DNA of 64,000 nucleotides from Bacteroidetes bacterium GWF2_33_16 (GCA_001768565.1 MEOE01000011.1:9373-73372), one strand, 5' to 3'; counted from the stretch's first letter, positions 19,366 through 30,269 are shown. The notes: generated by a model not told the origin, from the letters alone. Made by a program: numbers and translations.

Positions 19366-20925
19366 ATGAGCAAACAGGATAAGATTAAGGAATTAATTGA
19401 TTTAAGAGGACAAGCCAAGCTTGGTGGTGGTATTGATAAAATAGAATCACAACACAGTAAAGGCAAGCTTACTGCACGCGAAAGAATTGAAATTCTTGTC
19501 GACGAAGGTAGTTTTGAAGAATATGATATGTTTGTAACACATCGTTCAACTAACTTTGGTATGGAAAAAAAGAAATACCTTGGTGATGGTGTAATTACTG
19601 GAACTGGTACAATCGATGGACGAGTTGTTTGTATCTATTCTCAGGATTTTACGGTATTCGGTGGTTCGTTATCAGAGGCATTTGCCGGCAAAATCTGTAA
19701 GATTATGGATCTGGCTATGAAAATTGGTGCTCCTATTATTGGTATAAATGATAGCGGTGGTGCTCGTATTCAAGAAGGTGTTACTAGTTTGGCAGGTTAT
19801 GCTGATATTTTTCAACGTAACATTATGGCATCAGGTGTTATACCTCAGATTTCTGCAATTTTTGGCCCTTGTGCCGGTGGGGCAGTATATTCTCCTGCAC
19901 TAACTGATTTTATTATGATGACTGAGAATACAAGCTATATGTTTGTTACTGGTCCAAAGGTGGTTAAAACAGTTACTGGCGAAGATATTTCTACAGAAGA
20001 TTTAGGCGGCGCAAATGTGCATGCATCCAAATCAGGTGTTGCTCATTTTTTGTTAGAAGACGAAGAAGAGGGATTATTACTAATTCGCAAATTGTTGACC
20101 TATTTACCACAGAATAACCTCGAAGAACCACCTTCAATTGATAGCACTGATCCTATCGACAGACGTGAAGATTCTTTGAATGAAATTATTCCTGAAAGCT
20201 CAAATCAGCCTTATGACGTTAAAGATGTGATACATGCAATAGTGGATCATGCTGAGTTTATGGAAATTCATAGGAATTATGCAAAAAATATTATTTGTGG
20301 ATTTGCTAAACTTGATGGAATGTCAATTGGTATTGTAGCCAATCAACCTAGTTTTTTAGCCGGCGTACTCGATATTGATGCATCAAGAAAAGCAGCTCGA
20401 TTTGTTCGTTTCTGTGATGCGTTTAATATTCCTATACTTACACTTGTTGATGTTCCGGGATTCTTACCTGGAAGTAGTCAGGAATATGGTGGTATTATTA
20501 TTCATGGAGCAAAACTTATGTTTGCTTATGGAGAAGCTACCGTTCCAAAAGTTACGGTTACTTTGAGAAAATCATATGGTGGTGCACACGACGTAATGAG
20601 CTCAAAACAACTTCGTGGTGATGTAAATTATGCTTGGCCAACAGCAGAAATTGCTGTTATGGGTGCTCAAGGTGCAGTTGAAGTTCTTTATGGAAGAGAA
20701 GTTTCTGCAATCGAAGATAAAGAAGAAAGAGCAAAATTTGTTGCTGATAAAGAAAATGAATATAAGGAAAAGTTTGCTAACCCTTATCAAGCTGCAAGTT
20801 TAGGTTATATTGATGATGTTATTGAACCTCGAAATACAAGATTTAGAGTAATCAGAGCATTTGAGATGTTACATACTAAAAAGGATGTAAACCCTCCAAA
20901 GAAACATTCAAATATTCCATTATAG
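19366..20925 (+). CDS. mmdA: Methylmalonyl-CoA decarboxylase alpha (carboxyltransferase) subunit
   Basis: [49 protein letters not shown]; operon context. Confidence 0.92.
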   Translation: MSKQDKIKELIDLRGQAKLGGGIDKIESQHSKGKLTARERIEILVDEGSFEEYDMFVTHRSTNFGMEKKKYLGDGVITGTGTIDGRVVCIYSQDFTVFGGSLSEAFAGKICKIMDLAMKIGAPIIGINDSGGARIQEGVTSLAGYADIFQRNIMASGVIPQISAIFGPCAGGAVYSPALTDFIMMTENTSYMFVTGPKVVKTVTGEDISTEDLGGANVHASKSGVAHFLLEDEEEGLLLIRKLLTYLPQNNLEEPPSIDSTDPIDRREDSLNEIIPESSNQPYDVKDVIHAIVDHAEFMEIHRNYAKNIICGFAKLDGMSIGIVANQPSFLAGVLDIDASRKAARFVRFCDAFNIPILTLVDVPGFLPGSSQEYGGIIIHGAKLMFAYGEATVPKVTVTLRKSYGGAHDVMSSKQLRGDVNYAWPTAEIAVMGAQGAVEVLYGREVSAIEDKEERAKFVADKENEYKEKFANPYQAASLGYIDDVIEPRNTRFRVIRAFEMLHTKKDVNPPKKHSNIPL

Positions 20926-20937
20926 AAAGGAAAACTT

Positions 20938-21312
20938 ATGTCTTTAATAATATTAAATGAAGTAATTAATTTTTCTGACATTATTGATCAGGGCATAACC
21001 ATTACAATTGTAGGTATAATGGTTGTATTTGCTGCATTGGCATTGTTGGTTGTAGTTTTTATTCAAATACCAAAAATTTTATATTATAGTACTCGAAAAA
21101 AACTTAAACTAGAAACCAAAAAACTTAAAGTTACTGATGATGAATTGCATATTACTGGTGATGTAAATGCTGCCATCTCTATGGCATTGCATTTATTCTT
21201 CGACGAAATGCATGATGAAGAAAGTAATGTTATTACAATACAAAGGGTAAGAAGAGTTTATTCACCCTGGAGTTCAAAAATTTATGGATTAGGAATTTGG
21301 CCAAGAAATTAA
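20938..21312 (+). CDS. mmdD: OadG-family decarboxylase gamma/delta subunit
   Basis: Single TM (GIMVVFAALALL), AAISMAL, SPWSSKIYG; position in operon. Confidence 0.8.
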   Translation: MSLIILNEVINFSDIIDQGITITIVGIMVVFAALALLVVVFIQIPKILYYSTRKKLKLETKKLKVTDDELHITGDVNAAISMALHLFFDEMHDEESNVITIQRVRRVYSPWSSKIYGLGIWPRN

Positions 21313-21318
21313 ATAAAT

Positions 21319-21747
21319 ATGAAAAAGTATAAATTCACTATTCGTGGTAACGACTACGATGTTGAGATTAAAGAAGTTGAAGGTAATATTGCAAAGATTG
21401 AAGTTAATGGAACTGCATATGAAGTGCAAATTCATAATAAGGAAATAAAAACTTCAAAAACACCAACAATAGTTCGTGCAAATGTACCTGTTGACAGAAA
21501 AGACAGTAAAATAAAAAAATCAGTTAGTAGCAGAGGTCATTCTGTAAAGGCACCATTGCCAGGTAGTATTTTTAAAGTTTTGAAACAAGTTGGCGACGAA
21601 GTTAAAAAGGGTGATGCTATTCTGATTATGGAAGCCATGAAAATGGAGAATAAAATAACTGCCGAAAAAGACGGAACTATTATTAGCATGAAAGTAAAAG
21701 AGGGTGATACTGTTCTTCAGAATGATGTATTAGCCGAAATAGAATAG
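21319..21747 (+). CDS. mmdC: Biotin carboxyl carrier subunit
   Basis: EAMKMEN biotinylation motif; VKAPLPG. Confidence 0.92.
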   Translation: MKKYKFTIRGNDYDVEIKEVEGNIAKIEVNGTAYEVQIHNKEIKTSKTPTIVRANVPVDRKDSKIKKSVSSRGHSVKAPLPGSIFKVLKQVGDEVKKGDAILIMEAMKMENKITAEKDGTIISMKVKEGDTVLQNDVLAEIE

Positions 21748-21762
21748 TTTACTTAAATTTCA

Positions 21763-23274
21763 ATGAAAGCAGGTATGAAAAAAATATGTATTCTCATAGT
21801 AACCGTTTTATTTGTATTCTCAAATTTCTCGGAGGTTTTTGCTAATTCCGACAATGATATTATAAAGGGTCGTTGGGTTAATAAATCAGATGGTTATAAA
21901 ACAAATTCCAAAAGCAATACAACCGTTAAACGCTTTAAAATAATAAACTTCTTAGCAGATCAAACTTTTGTACTTGATTCATCTAAAGTTAAATATTTTG
22001 GAAAATATAACCAAGAAGGAAACAACATTGTTCTTACTTTTAATGATAATACTTTATCTGAAAGACAAGGGAAAATTGATGGATCTATTCTGAAAATTGG
22101 TACAGATGAATTTCACCATTATTCAAGTGCGATAGCAGGAGTGCTTGTTTTTTATGAATTTACTGGATTTGCTCATGCTACAAGAGGCCACTTAATAATG
22201 CTTCTGGTTGGATTGATTTTTATTTTTCTTGCTATTAAGTATGACTACGAACCCTTATTGCTCATCCCAATTGGATTTGGAATTATTATAGGAAATATAC
22301 CATTTTTTCAAGCCGAAGGATTTAATCTACAACTAGGTATATATGAGCAAGGTAGTGTTTTAAATTATTTATATTTTGGAGTACTTAAAGGTATATATCC
22401 ACCTTTGATTTTTCTTGGTATTGGAGCAATGACCGACTTTTCATCATTAATATCAAATCCAAAATTAATGTTATTAGGAGCTGCTGCTCAAATTGGTATT
22501 TTTGCAACTCTTATTGGATCTTTATTTTTAGGATTTACTCCAACCGAAGCTGGTGCAATTGGTATAATTGGTGGAGCTGATGGTCCAACGGCTATTTTTC
22601 TTTCATCCAGGTTGGCACCGCATTTAATTGGTCCTATCGCGATTGCTGCATATTCATATATGGCATTGGTTCCAATTATTCAGCCTCCGTTTATGAGGTT
22701 GTTAACTTCTAAAAAAGAGCGATTAATTAGAATGAGACCACCTCGTTCAGTTTCGAAACTTGAAAAAATAATGTTCCCAATAATAGGTATCCTTTTAACA
22801 ACGTATATTTCACCAAGTGCATTACCACTATTAGGTATGTTATTCTTTGGTAATTTGTTAAAAGAATCAACTGTTACACGCAGATTAGCCGAAACTGCAC
22901 GTACTGTATTAATTGATATTGTAACTATTATTCTTGGTGTTACTGTTGGTGCATCGACTCAGGCTGATGTATTTTTAACACCACAATCAATTAAAATATT
23001 TATATTAGGTGCATTATCATTTATGGTTGCAACAATCTGTGGAATTTTGTTTGCTAAGTTTATGAATTTATTCTTAACTGGCGAAAATAGAATTAATCCA
23101 TTAATTGGTAATGCAGGTGTATCTGCCGTTCCCGATAGTGCAAGGGTTTCACAGATGGAAGGTTTAAAGGCCGATCCATCGAATCACCTGTTAATGCATG
23201 CTATGGCACCTAACGTAGCTGGTGTTATTGGTTCTGCTGTTGCTGCTGGTATTTTGTTAAGTTTCTTAATTTAA
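21763..23274 (+). CDS. mmdB: Na+-translocating decarboxylase beta subunit with an extra ~120-aa N-terminal exported domain
   Basis: [59 protein letters not shown]. Confidence 0.93.
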   Translation: MKAGMKKICILIVTVLFVFSNFSEVFANSDNDIIKGRWVNKSDGYKTNSKSNTTVKRFKIINFLADQTFVLDSSKVKYFGKYNQEGNNIVLTFNDNTLSERQGKIDGSILKIGTDEFHHYSSAIAGVLVFYEFTGFAHATRGHLIMLLVGLIFIFLAIKYDYEPLLLIPIGFGIIIGNIPFFQAEGFNLQLGIYEQGSVLNYLYFGVLKGIYPPLIFLGIGAMTDFSSLISNPKLMLLGAAAQIGIFATLIGSLFLGFTPTEAGAIGIIGGADGPTAIFLSSRLAPHLIGPIAIAAYSYMALVPIIQPPFMRLLTSKKERLIRMRPPRSVSKLEKIMFPIIGILLTTYISPSALPLLGMLFFGNLLKESTVTRRLAETARTVLIDIVTIILGVTVGASTQADVFLTPQSIKIFILGALSFMVATICGILFAKFMNLFLTGENRINPLIGNAGVSAVPDSARVSQMEGLKADPSNHLLMHAMAPNVAGVIGSAVAAGILLSFLI

Positions 23275-23287
23275 AAACTTAATTCCT

Positions 23288-23449
23288 ATGAAAAAATACA
23301 AATGTAAAATCTGCGGACATATTTATGATCCCGAAGTAGGCGATCCTGATTCTGGAATTACTGCGGGTACTTTATTTGAAGATATTCCAGAAAGTTGGAG
23401 ATGCCCTATTTGTGGTGTAACAAAAAAGGATTACGAACCAATAGATTAG
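23288..23449 (+). CDS. Rubredoxin (53 aa; not in the supplied ORF track)
   Basis: Translation [53 protein letters not shown]: CxxCG and WxCPxCG motifs. Confidence 0.96.
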   Translation: MKKYKCKICGHIYDPEVGDPDSGITAGTLFEDIPESWRCPICGVTKKDYEPID

Positions 23450-23481
23450 GTTTATAATTTTCTAAAAGTTTAGCATAAAAG

Positions 23482-23516
23482 AAATCGTCAATTCTGCAAT
23501 GAATTGACGATTTTTT
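23482..23516. terminator. Bidirectional terminator between rubredoxin and tetR
   Basis: AAATCGTCAATTC-tgcaat-GAATTGACGATTT perfect stem with A/T tracts on both sides. Confidence 0.8.
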
Positions 23517-24075
23517 AGTTTGTTTTTATGCTATCCCAACTCGATTGAATTGCACGTTCAAGCAATTCATCATTCAAGGTAACTTCTCCTGATAATTGCA
23601 TTCTTACCAGGGTTGATATATTTCCAAATATCAGATTTAATAATAAATCAATAGGCATTTCCCTTATAATTCCTAGCTTTATGCCAGAATTCAGATAATC
23701 AATGGCGACTTGGAAATGAATTTGGTTAAGTTCTTTTATTTCTTTTTTAATTAATGGTGAATGTGCATATTGCTGAAGAAACTCATACTTCTTTGGATTT
23801 TGTATGTAGAAATTGAATATGTTCTTCCAAAGTATCCAAAATTTTAGTTTGTAATTTGATTCGTTTTCAATACCCTGACTCAATGCTTTTCCCATTTCTT
23901 TTTTTAGCTCCGAATATAATGTATCGATTAACTCTTCCTTGCTTTTAAAATAATAATAAATGGTACCTGCAGCTACACCAGATTTCTCAATTATCAATGC
24001 CATTGGTGTTGCATGAAATCCTAGCTCTGTTATTAATTCAAGAGTTGTTTGCAGAAGTTGCTCACGTTTTGTCAT
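23515..24075 (-). CDS. TetR/AcrR-family transcriptional regulator
   Basis: GFHATPMALIIEKSGVAAGTIYYYFKSKEELI HTH. Confidence 0.92.
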   Translation of the reverse strand: MTKREQLLQTTLELITELGFHATPMALIIEKSGVAAGTIYYYFKSKEELIDTLYSELKKEMGKALSQGIENESNYKLKFWILWKNIFNFYIQNPKKYEFLQQYAHSPLIKKEIKELNQIHFQVAIDYLNSGIKLGIIREMPIDLLLNLIFGNISTLVRMQLSGEVTLNDELLERAIQSSWDSIKTN

Positions 24076-24081
24076 AAGAAT

Positions 24082-24108
24082 ATAGAATATATGTTCGGTA
24101 CAAAAATA
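24082..24108 (-). promoter_or_regulatory. tetR promoter -7 element and putative autoregulatory operator
   Basis: Minus strand TATTTTTG (TAnnTTTG) followed by the imperfect palindrome ACCGAACATATATTCTAT just before the ATG. Confidence 0.5.
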
Positions 24109-24148
24109 TATTTATTAGGAATAATTTTAAATAAATAACAATAAAAAA

Positions 24149-24375
24149 GGGGCTTTCCAAAAAGTTTTTTCGTGTCCATATTTTTACTTCGCAAGAGAAC
24201 TATTTTCACGACCAAAGGGAGTAAAAGTTCGACAGGCCTATCCGTCCGGCAGACGAGCTCAACCTACTTGCCGGCAAGGTAAGTATGATAACAAATAAAT
24301 AATCAACATGTCACTCTGGGCTAGTCGAAGAATGTCGAATTGTAGGCATTAAAAAAGAGGCTTTTTGGTAGCCTC
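24149..24375. mobile_element. Degenerate non-autonomous MITE-like element containing a REP-like hairpin pair and two decayed 20-bp palindromes
   Basis: Imperfect terminal inverted repeats GGGGCTTTCCAAAAAG / CTTTTTGGTAGCCTC; internal arms GTTCGACAGG..CTCAA..TATGATA and TGTCACTCTGGGCTAGTCGAAG; no transposase ORF. Confidence 0.55.
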
Positions 24376-24401
24376 TTTAGAAAAATAAAATTAATTTATT
24401 T

Positions 24402-26027
24402 TTATTTCTTGTTATATTTTGATTCTGCAAGTAAAAAGGCTTTATAAGCACTTACAACACCACCTGTAATGGATAGATTCTTAAAACTCGTTTTCTTACT
24501 TTTCTTTGTTGTAATTGTAGGTTTGTTGGTTTTTAAATCAGAATAAACATTCGTTGAGTTTAAAATAATATATTTTATATCTGAAGCAGATAATTCGGGA
24601 TAATAAGACCAAATCAGCGCAGCAACACCTGCAACCACAGGACATGAAAAACTCGTTCCATCAAAAATATCGTATTTGTTATCGGGCACAAGCGACTTTA
24701 TATTAACACCTGGTGCAAATAAATCGACACTTTTTTTACCATAATTAGAAAAATCAGCAACAAAGTTTAAATCATTTTTCATTGATGATGCACCAACAGT
24801 TATCCAGTTATCAACAGATAGGGTTTTATTAATAATCTTAGTTGGAAAGTTCTTTTCTTTATCAAGATTTGCAGCATCGTTTCCCGAAGCATGAACAAAT
24901 AATACTCCTTTTTGTTGAGCATATAATATAGCTTCATCAATGAGTTTTTTTTGTGGAGAAAGCTCTTTGCCAAAGCTCATATTAATAATCCTTGCCCCAT
25001 TATCGGCTGCATAACGAATTGCATTTGCAACATCTTTATCGCGTTCGTCTCCATTTGGAACGACATTTAAAGCCATAATTTTTAAGCTATTAGCTATTCC
25101 ATCAATGCCCAAACCATTGTTTCTTACCGCACCAATTATTCCTGCAACAAAAGTACCATGCTCCGATTGTGATCCAACAACATTATTATTGCCATATGTA
25201 GGAGATAGTTCAAGAATATTATCATTTATAATAGCACGAGGATTAAAATCTAAGTTTAAATGATAATTTAGTTCCTCATTATTATATTCTTTGAACTCCT
25301 CGATTTGATCTAACGAAAAATCAATTTCGATTAAGTATCTTAAGAATTCTGCCGATCTCATTAAGTCTTTATCTTCCGACTTAATAGTATTTAAATCATC
25401 AATAGTTAATGTGTCTTTTTTCAGATAATCTATTACCAGTTCTTTAGAAGCAAGATAACTAGATTCAAAACTATTTAATTGATCTCTTGTTTGTTCAGCT
25501 TCTTTCAGTTTCTTAAGGTAGATTTTTTTTGCTTCGATATAGAGATTGTATGATTCTGTTTCATTTGCAGGAATGCTTTTAGGATTTATTCCATCATACT
25601 TATTTTTGTACAATTTGTATATTCTGGTTACTTCAAGGTTCTCATAATCAATATTTTCTCCTTTGCTATTCCCAAGGAAATTCCATCCATTAATATCATC
25701 GATATAACCATTATTATCGTCATCAATCCCATTATCAGGAATTTCATTTGTGTTTACCCAAATATTTCCCTTTAAGTCCTCGTGATATATATCGATACCG
25801 CCATCTAGTACTGCAACAATAATGGTAGTTGCTTTCTTATTTTGAGGTATCAAATTGTACGCTCTTTCAACCTCAGCACCAAATATTAAATCGTTTGAAG
25901 GAGATTTAAGATGCCAATTCAGATAAATATCGTTTTGAGTATCACTTTGATTAATAACCTGATTTTGTGAAAATACAACTGAAACAGATGTAATCAACAA
26001 TAAAAATACGACCCAGAATTTATTCAT
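24402..26027 (-). CDS. S8 (subtilisin-family) serine peptidase, exported
   Basis: Catalytic triad motifs VAVLDGGID, HGTFVAG, GTSFSCPVVAG; signal peptide. Confidence 0.93.
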   Translation of the reverse strand: MNKFWVVFLLLITSVSVVFSQNQVINQSDTQNDIYLNWHLKSPSNDLIFGAEVERAYNLIPQNKKATTIIVAVLDGGIDIYHEDLKGNIWVNTNEIPDNGIDDDNNGYIDDINGWNFLGNSKGENIDYENLEVTRIYKLYKNKYDGINPKSIPANETESYNLYIEAKKIYLKKLKEAEQTRDQLNSFESSYLASKELVIDYLKKDTLTIDDLNTIKSEDKDLMRSAEFLRYLIEIDFSLDQIEEFKEYNNEELNYHLNLDFNPRAIINDNILELSPTYGNNNVVGSQSEHGTFVAGIIGAVRNNGLGIDGIANSLKIMALNVVPNGDERDKDVANAIRYAADNGARIINMSFGKELSPQKKLIDEAILYAQQKGVLFVHASGNDAANLDKEKNFPTKIINKTLSVDNWITVGASSMKNDLNFVADFSNYGKKSVDLFAPGVNIKSLVPDNKYDIFDGTSFSCPVVAGVAALIWSYYPELSASDIKYIILNSTNVYSDLKTNKPTITTKKSKKTSFKNLSITGGVVSAYKAFLLAESKYNKK

Positions 26028-26096
26028 ATAAATACTTTCAACTAAAAAAGAGAACGTTTGTCTTTCTCTATTAATAAGTTGGCAAATTTGTGTAAA

Positions 26097-27071
26097 TTAT
26101 TTGAATATTGCAATATCTTTTTCACCAGTTGATTTCGCGTAAGCTCTAAACATAAGATTGGTATTAAAAACCATAGCTATATTTCCGTCTTTATCGACTG
26201 CGATTATTCCACCATCTCCTTTAACATTGGTTAACTTGTCCATAATAACAAGGTTAGAAGCTTCTATTAAGCTCATGTTTTTATATTCCATAAGAGCAGA
26301 AATATCGTGAGCAACAGTATATCGGATAAAAAACTCACCATGTCCGGTACCAGAAATTGCACAGGTGTTATTATTTGCATAATTACCGGCACCAATAATT
26401 GGAGAGTCACCTATTCGGTTAAAGCGTTTATTAGTTCGTCCTCCTGTTGATGTTCCGGCAGCAAGATTTCCATATTTATCTAATACAACACAACCTACAG
26501 TACCATGTTTTTCTGATACAAGTTCTTTTTGTAGACCTTTCCATCTATCTTCGGTATAAAAATAAGTCGAATCAACTATTTCCAAACCTTGTAGTTTTGC
26601 AAACTCAGATGCACCCTTACCCGATAATAAAACATGTTCAGAGTTGGTCATTACTTTTATTGCAGCTGAAATAGGATTTTTGATATCCATTACACAGGTT
26701 ACAGCTCCAGCACTTAAATCTTTTCCTAACATTATTGATGCATCGAGCTCATTATGCCCATCGTGATTAAAAACTGCACCTTTGCCTGCATTAAAAAGTG
26801 GACAATCTTCAAGGTAGTTTATTGTTTTTTCAACTGCCTCAAGGCATGTTCCTCCATCTGAAAGAATTTTTTCTCCTATAGCTAAAGCATTTCCTAATTC
26901 CTGTTTATATTGATTTTGTTTTTCTTCACTGAAACTCAAAGGATCGCTATTGCCTGCACCACCATGAAGTACAATTACATAATCAGGTTTATTGATTATA
27001 GTTTCTTTTTTTGAGCAGCCAACAATAAGTAATAACGCAACAGCAATAAATAATAAAGTAATATTTTTCAT
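26097..27071 (-). CDS. iaaA: Isoaspartyl peptidase / L-asparaginase (Ntn hydrolase), lipoprotein
   Basis: LHGGAG, FNAGKG, ELDASIM, HGTVGCV (Thr nucleophile), TSTGG, RIGDSP; lipobox IVGC. Confidence 0.92.
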   Translation of the reverse strand: MKNITLLFIAVALLLIVGCSKKETIINKPDYVIVLHGGAGNSDPLSFSEEKQNQYKQELGNALAIGEKILSDGGTCLEAVEKTINYLEDCPLFNAGKGAVFNHDGHNELDASIMLGKDLSAGAVTCVMDIKNPISAAIKVMTNSEHVLLSGKGASEFAKLQGLEIVDSTYFYTEDRWKGLQKELVSEKHGTVGCVVLDKYGNLAAGTSTGGRTNKRFNRIGDSPIIGAGNYANNNTCAISGTGHGEFFIRYTVAHDISALMEYKNMSLIEASNLVIMDKLTNVKGDGGIIAVDKDGNIAMVFNTNLMFRAYAKSTGEKDIAIFK

Positions 27072-27169
27072 GTCGAATAAATTGATTGTTAATATTGAAA
27101 AGACAATTTACAAATAATCTACAAACAATTCTCTATTTATGTTATTTTTACATTATTAATCTATTTGCA

Positions 27170-29002
27170 ATGAAACAGCGGCTCAAAATATTTTTACTAT
27201 ATTCATTTTATTGGCTTTTAATATTTATAGTTTCAAGGTTGTTTTTTCTTTTTTATAGTTTTTCTCTTTCGTTTAAACTACCTATAAAAGAATGGTTTTT
27301 TATTTTTATAAATGGAATAAAACTTGATATCTCTGCTACTGGTTATATTATGGCAATTGTTTCAATTTTTTTAATTCTCACATCCTTCAATAGTGGCAAG
27401 ATTATAAGTAAGATTTTTTCAATATTAACATTGTTTTTCTTGATTTTTTCTATGGTCATTGTTGTGTCTGATTTGGAGTTGTATCAGAATTGGGGTTACA
27501 GAATGGATGCCACTCCTTTATTTTATCTACTAAAACCAAAAGATGCTATGGCTTCGGTAGAGACCTGGCTTACTATTGTTCTTTTTGGCGTTATGATTAT
27601 TCTTACAATTCTCTGGTATTTAGTTTATAAAAAGAAAATACTACCCAATGTATTAATGATTAAGAAATCAGGGGTAGTAAGCATGTTGGTGTTTCTTTTT
27701 ATTACTGCATTAATGATTATACCTATTCGTGGTGGAATTGGAATTGCTCCTATGAATACAGGTAAAGTATATTTTAGTAAAAATAATTTTTCAAATCATG
27801 CTGCCATAAATGTAGTATGGAATGTAGTAAACTCACTTATTTACAGGAAAAATGCTGAAAGATCGTATAGTTTAATTGAAACATCCGAAGCAGAGAAAAT
27901 ATTTGAAGGTTTAAATAAACAAGATGGGAATAGGCAAAATATTATAAAATCAGCCAAACCTAATGTTGTTATAATAATACTCGAAAGTTTTTCATCAAAA
28001 ATTCTTGAGTCAGCTGGAGGAAAGTGGCCTGTAGCGAAGAATCTAAATGAATTATCAAAAAAGGGGGTATTATTTACAAACTTTTATGCTAATGCGGATC
28101 GCAGCGATAAAGGTATTGTATCTATTTTAAGCGGGTACCCAGCACAACCAACATCCTCAGTAATAAAGTTTCCGAGTAAAACACAATCGCTTCCATTTTT
28201 AAGTACTGAGCTTAAAAAAGTTGGTTACGAAAGCTACTTCTATTATGGAGGTAATATTGATTTTGCAAATATGCGATCCTATTTTTTAAACGGTGGATTT
28301 GAACATTTGATCGTAGATAAGAACTTCGAGAAAAAATTAAACACTTCGAAGTGGGGCGTACATGATGAGTTTGTTTTTGAAAAATTATATTCAGATCTTT
28401 TAGTTGATTTTCTTCCTTTTTTCAAAGTGTTTTTTACACTTAGCAGTCACGATCCTTTTGAGGTTCCTTTTAAATCAGATAATAATGGAAGAGATCGATC
28501 TTCACAATATTTAAATTCGATTTGCTATACCGATAGCTGTTTAGGCGATTTTTTCAATAAAATAAAATCTACGGATATATGGAATAATACACTTTTCATT
28601 TTGGTTGCAGATCATGGCAGCGCAAGACCTGGAAGTGACCCAGTTTACGGAATCGAAAAGTATAAAATACCTATGATTTGGCTTGGAGGACCTTTGGAAA
28701 ATAATCATTTTATAGTTGATGTTTTTGGATCGCAGATCGATATTGCAAAAACACTATTAAACCAGCTTAATCTTAATTCCTATAGTTTTAAGTTTAGTAA
28801 AGACCTATTTGATAATTCAGGCGATAAATTCGGGTATTATGCTTTCAATGATGGTTTTGGTTTTGTCAATAATTCATCTGAAATAATATTTGATAATACA
28901 AATTCATCTTTATTGTATAAAAATGGGATTAATACCGATTCAACATTAATTAAAGGAAAGGCTTTTCTGCAGGTTTCTTCATTGGATTTTCTAAATCGTT
29001 AA
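27170..29002 (+). CDS. Second LTA synthase family / sulfatase-like membrane protein
   Basis: Likely start ATG 27170 (MKQRLK); five TM helices; PNVVIIILESFS, DRSDKG, TLSSHDPF, VADHG. Confidence 0.88.
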   Translation: MKQRLKIFLLYSFYWLLIFIVSRLFFLFYSFSLSFKLPIKEWFFIFINGIKLDISATGYIMAIVSIFLILTSFNSGKIISKIFSILTLFFLIFSMVIVVSDLELYQNWGYRMDATPLFYLLKPKDAMASVETWLTIVLFGVMIILTILWYLVYKKKILPNVLMIKKSGVVSMLVFLFITALMIIPIRGGIGIAPMNTGKVYFSKNNFSNHAAINVVWNVVNSLIYRKNAERSYSLIETSEAEKIFEGLNKQDGNRQNIIKSAKPNVVIIILESFSSKILESAGGKWPVAKNLNELSKKGVLFTNFYANADRSDKGIVSILSGYPAQPTSSVIKFPSKTQSLPFLSTELKKVGYESYFYYGGNIDFANMRSYFLNGGFEHLIVDKNFEKKLNTSKWGVHDEFVFEKLYSDLLVDFLPFFKVFFTLSSHDPFEVPFKSDNNGRDRSSQYLNSICYTDSCLGDFFNKIKSTDIWNNTLFILVADHGSARPGSDPVYGIEKYKIPMIWLGGPLENNHFIVDVFGSQIDIAKTLLNQLNLNSYSFKFSKDLFDNSGDKFGYYAFNDGFGFVNNSSEIIFDNTNSSLLYKNGINTDSTLIKGKAFLQVSSLDFLNR

Positions 29003-29276
29003 AACTAGTTTTTGTTTTGTTGAACATTTGTTTCAATTTTATGTTTGATGTATTAAATGTTAAACAAAATTCCTGATGTCGTGTTATTCTTTTATTTGCT
29101 TATTGAGTTTACTTCATGTTTGTTCATTTCTATTGTAATGAGGAATTACAATAGAGGAATATATTATAAGAAAAGACTATTTAATATTGCTAAACTGGAG
29201 CTATTTTGAAATTACTTGATTTGAAACAATAGAATCATTAAATTTATAAATCAACATAAACCTAAAAATTACAACT

Positions 29277-30269
29277 ATGGCAAATTTAACCGTAAGTTAC
29301 TTGGGATTAACTTTAAGAAATCCAATTATAGCTGCAAGTTCAGGATTGACGAATTCAATTTCCGATATTAAAGAATTTGAAGAAAGAGGAGCAGGGGCAA
29401 TTGTTCTAAAATCCATTTTTGAGGAAGAAATTAGAAGAGAGCTAGAAAAAGACTTAAACAAAATGAATAGGGCTAACTTTTTATATCCTGAAACAATGGA
29501 TTATTATGACACCTATGCTTCGGACGATAGTCTTACAAATTATCTTAAATTAATAAGCGATTCTAAAAAAGCGGTAAAAATACCTATTATAGCTAGTATT
29601 AATTGTGTAACAGCTGAAAAATGGCCTTATTATGCTCAAAACTTGCAGGATGCTGGTGCTGATGCACTCGAGTTGAATATTTTTGTTATGCCATCGGATT
29701 TTACAAAATCAGCTGATGAAAATGAAAAAGTATATTTCAATATTGTAAAAGAAGTAAAAAAACATGTTAAGATTCCCGTAGCTCTTAAGATTAGTTATTA
29801 TTCAGCTAATCTTAGTGCATTTATTCAGAATCTTTCAAATTCAGGAATTCAAGGTTTGGTATTGTTTAACCGATTTTACAGTCCTGATATCGATATTAAT
29901 AATTATGAAGTTTTATCGACCAATGTATTAAGCTCACCAAAGGAATTGTCAATATCACTGCGATGGATTGCTATTATGTCGGGTAGAGTTGGTTGTGATC
30001 TTGCTGCTACAACTGGCATACACGATGGAGCCGGAGTAATTAAGCAATTGTTGGCCGGTGCGAATGTAGTTCAGGTTGCATCTGCATTTTATAAGAATGG
30101 TAAAGAACAATTAACCAATATGCTTGATGATCTTACAACCTGGATGGATCAGAAAGGATACAAAACAATTGATGAGTTTCATGGAAAAATGAGTCAGGCT
30201 AAAATTAATAATCCTGCTGCCTACGAACGAATGCAGTTTATGAAGTACTTTGCAGGAAAAGGTTTGTAA
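29277..30269 (+). CDS. Dihydroorotate dehydrogenase-like flavoprotein
   Basis: YLGLTLRNPIIAASS, GAIVLKSIFEE, DALELN, LVLFNRFYSPDID, TGIHDG. Confidence 0.88.
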   Translation: MANLTVSYLGLTLRNPIIAASSGLTNSISDIKEFEERGAGAIVLKSIFEEEIRRELEKDLNKMNRANFLYPETMDYYDTYASDDSLTNYLKLISDSKKAVKIPIIASINCVTAEKWPYYAQNLQDAGADALELNIFVMPSDFTKSADENEKVYFNIVKEVKKHVKIPVALKISYYSANLSAFIQNLSNSGIQGLVLFNRFYSPDIDINNYEVLSTNVLSSPKELSISLRWIAIMSGRVGCDLAATTGIHDGAGVIKQLLAGANVVQVASAFYKNGKEQLTNMLDDLTTWMDQKGYKTIDEFHGKMSQAKINNPAAYERMQFMKYFAGKGL

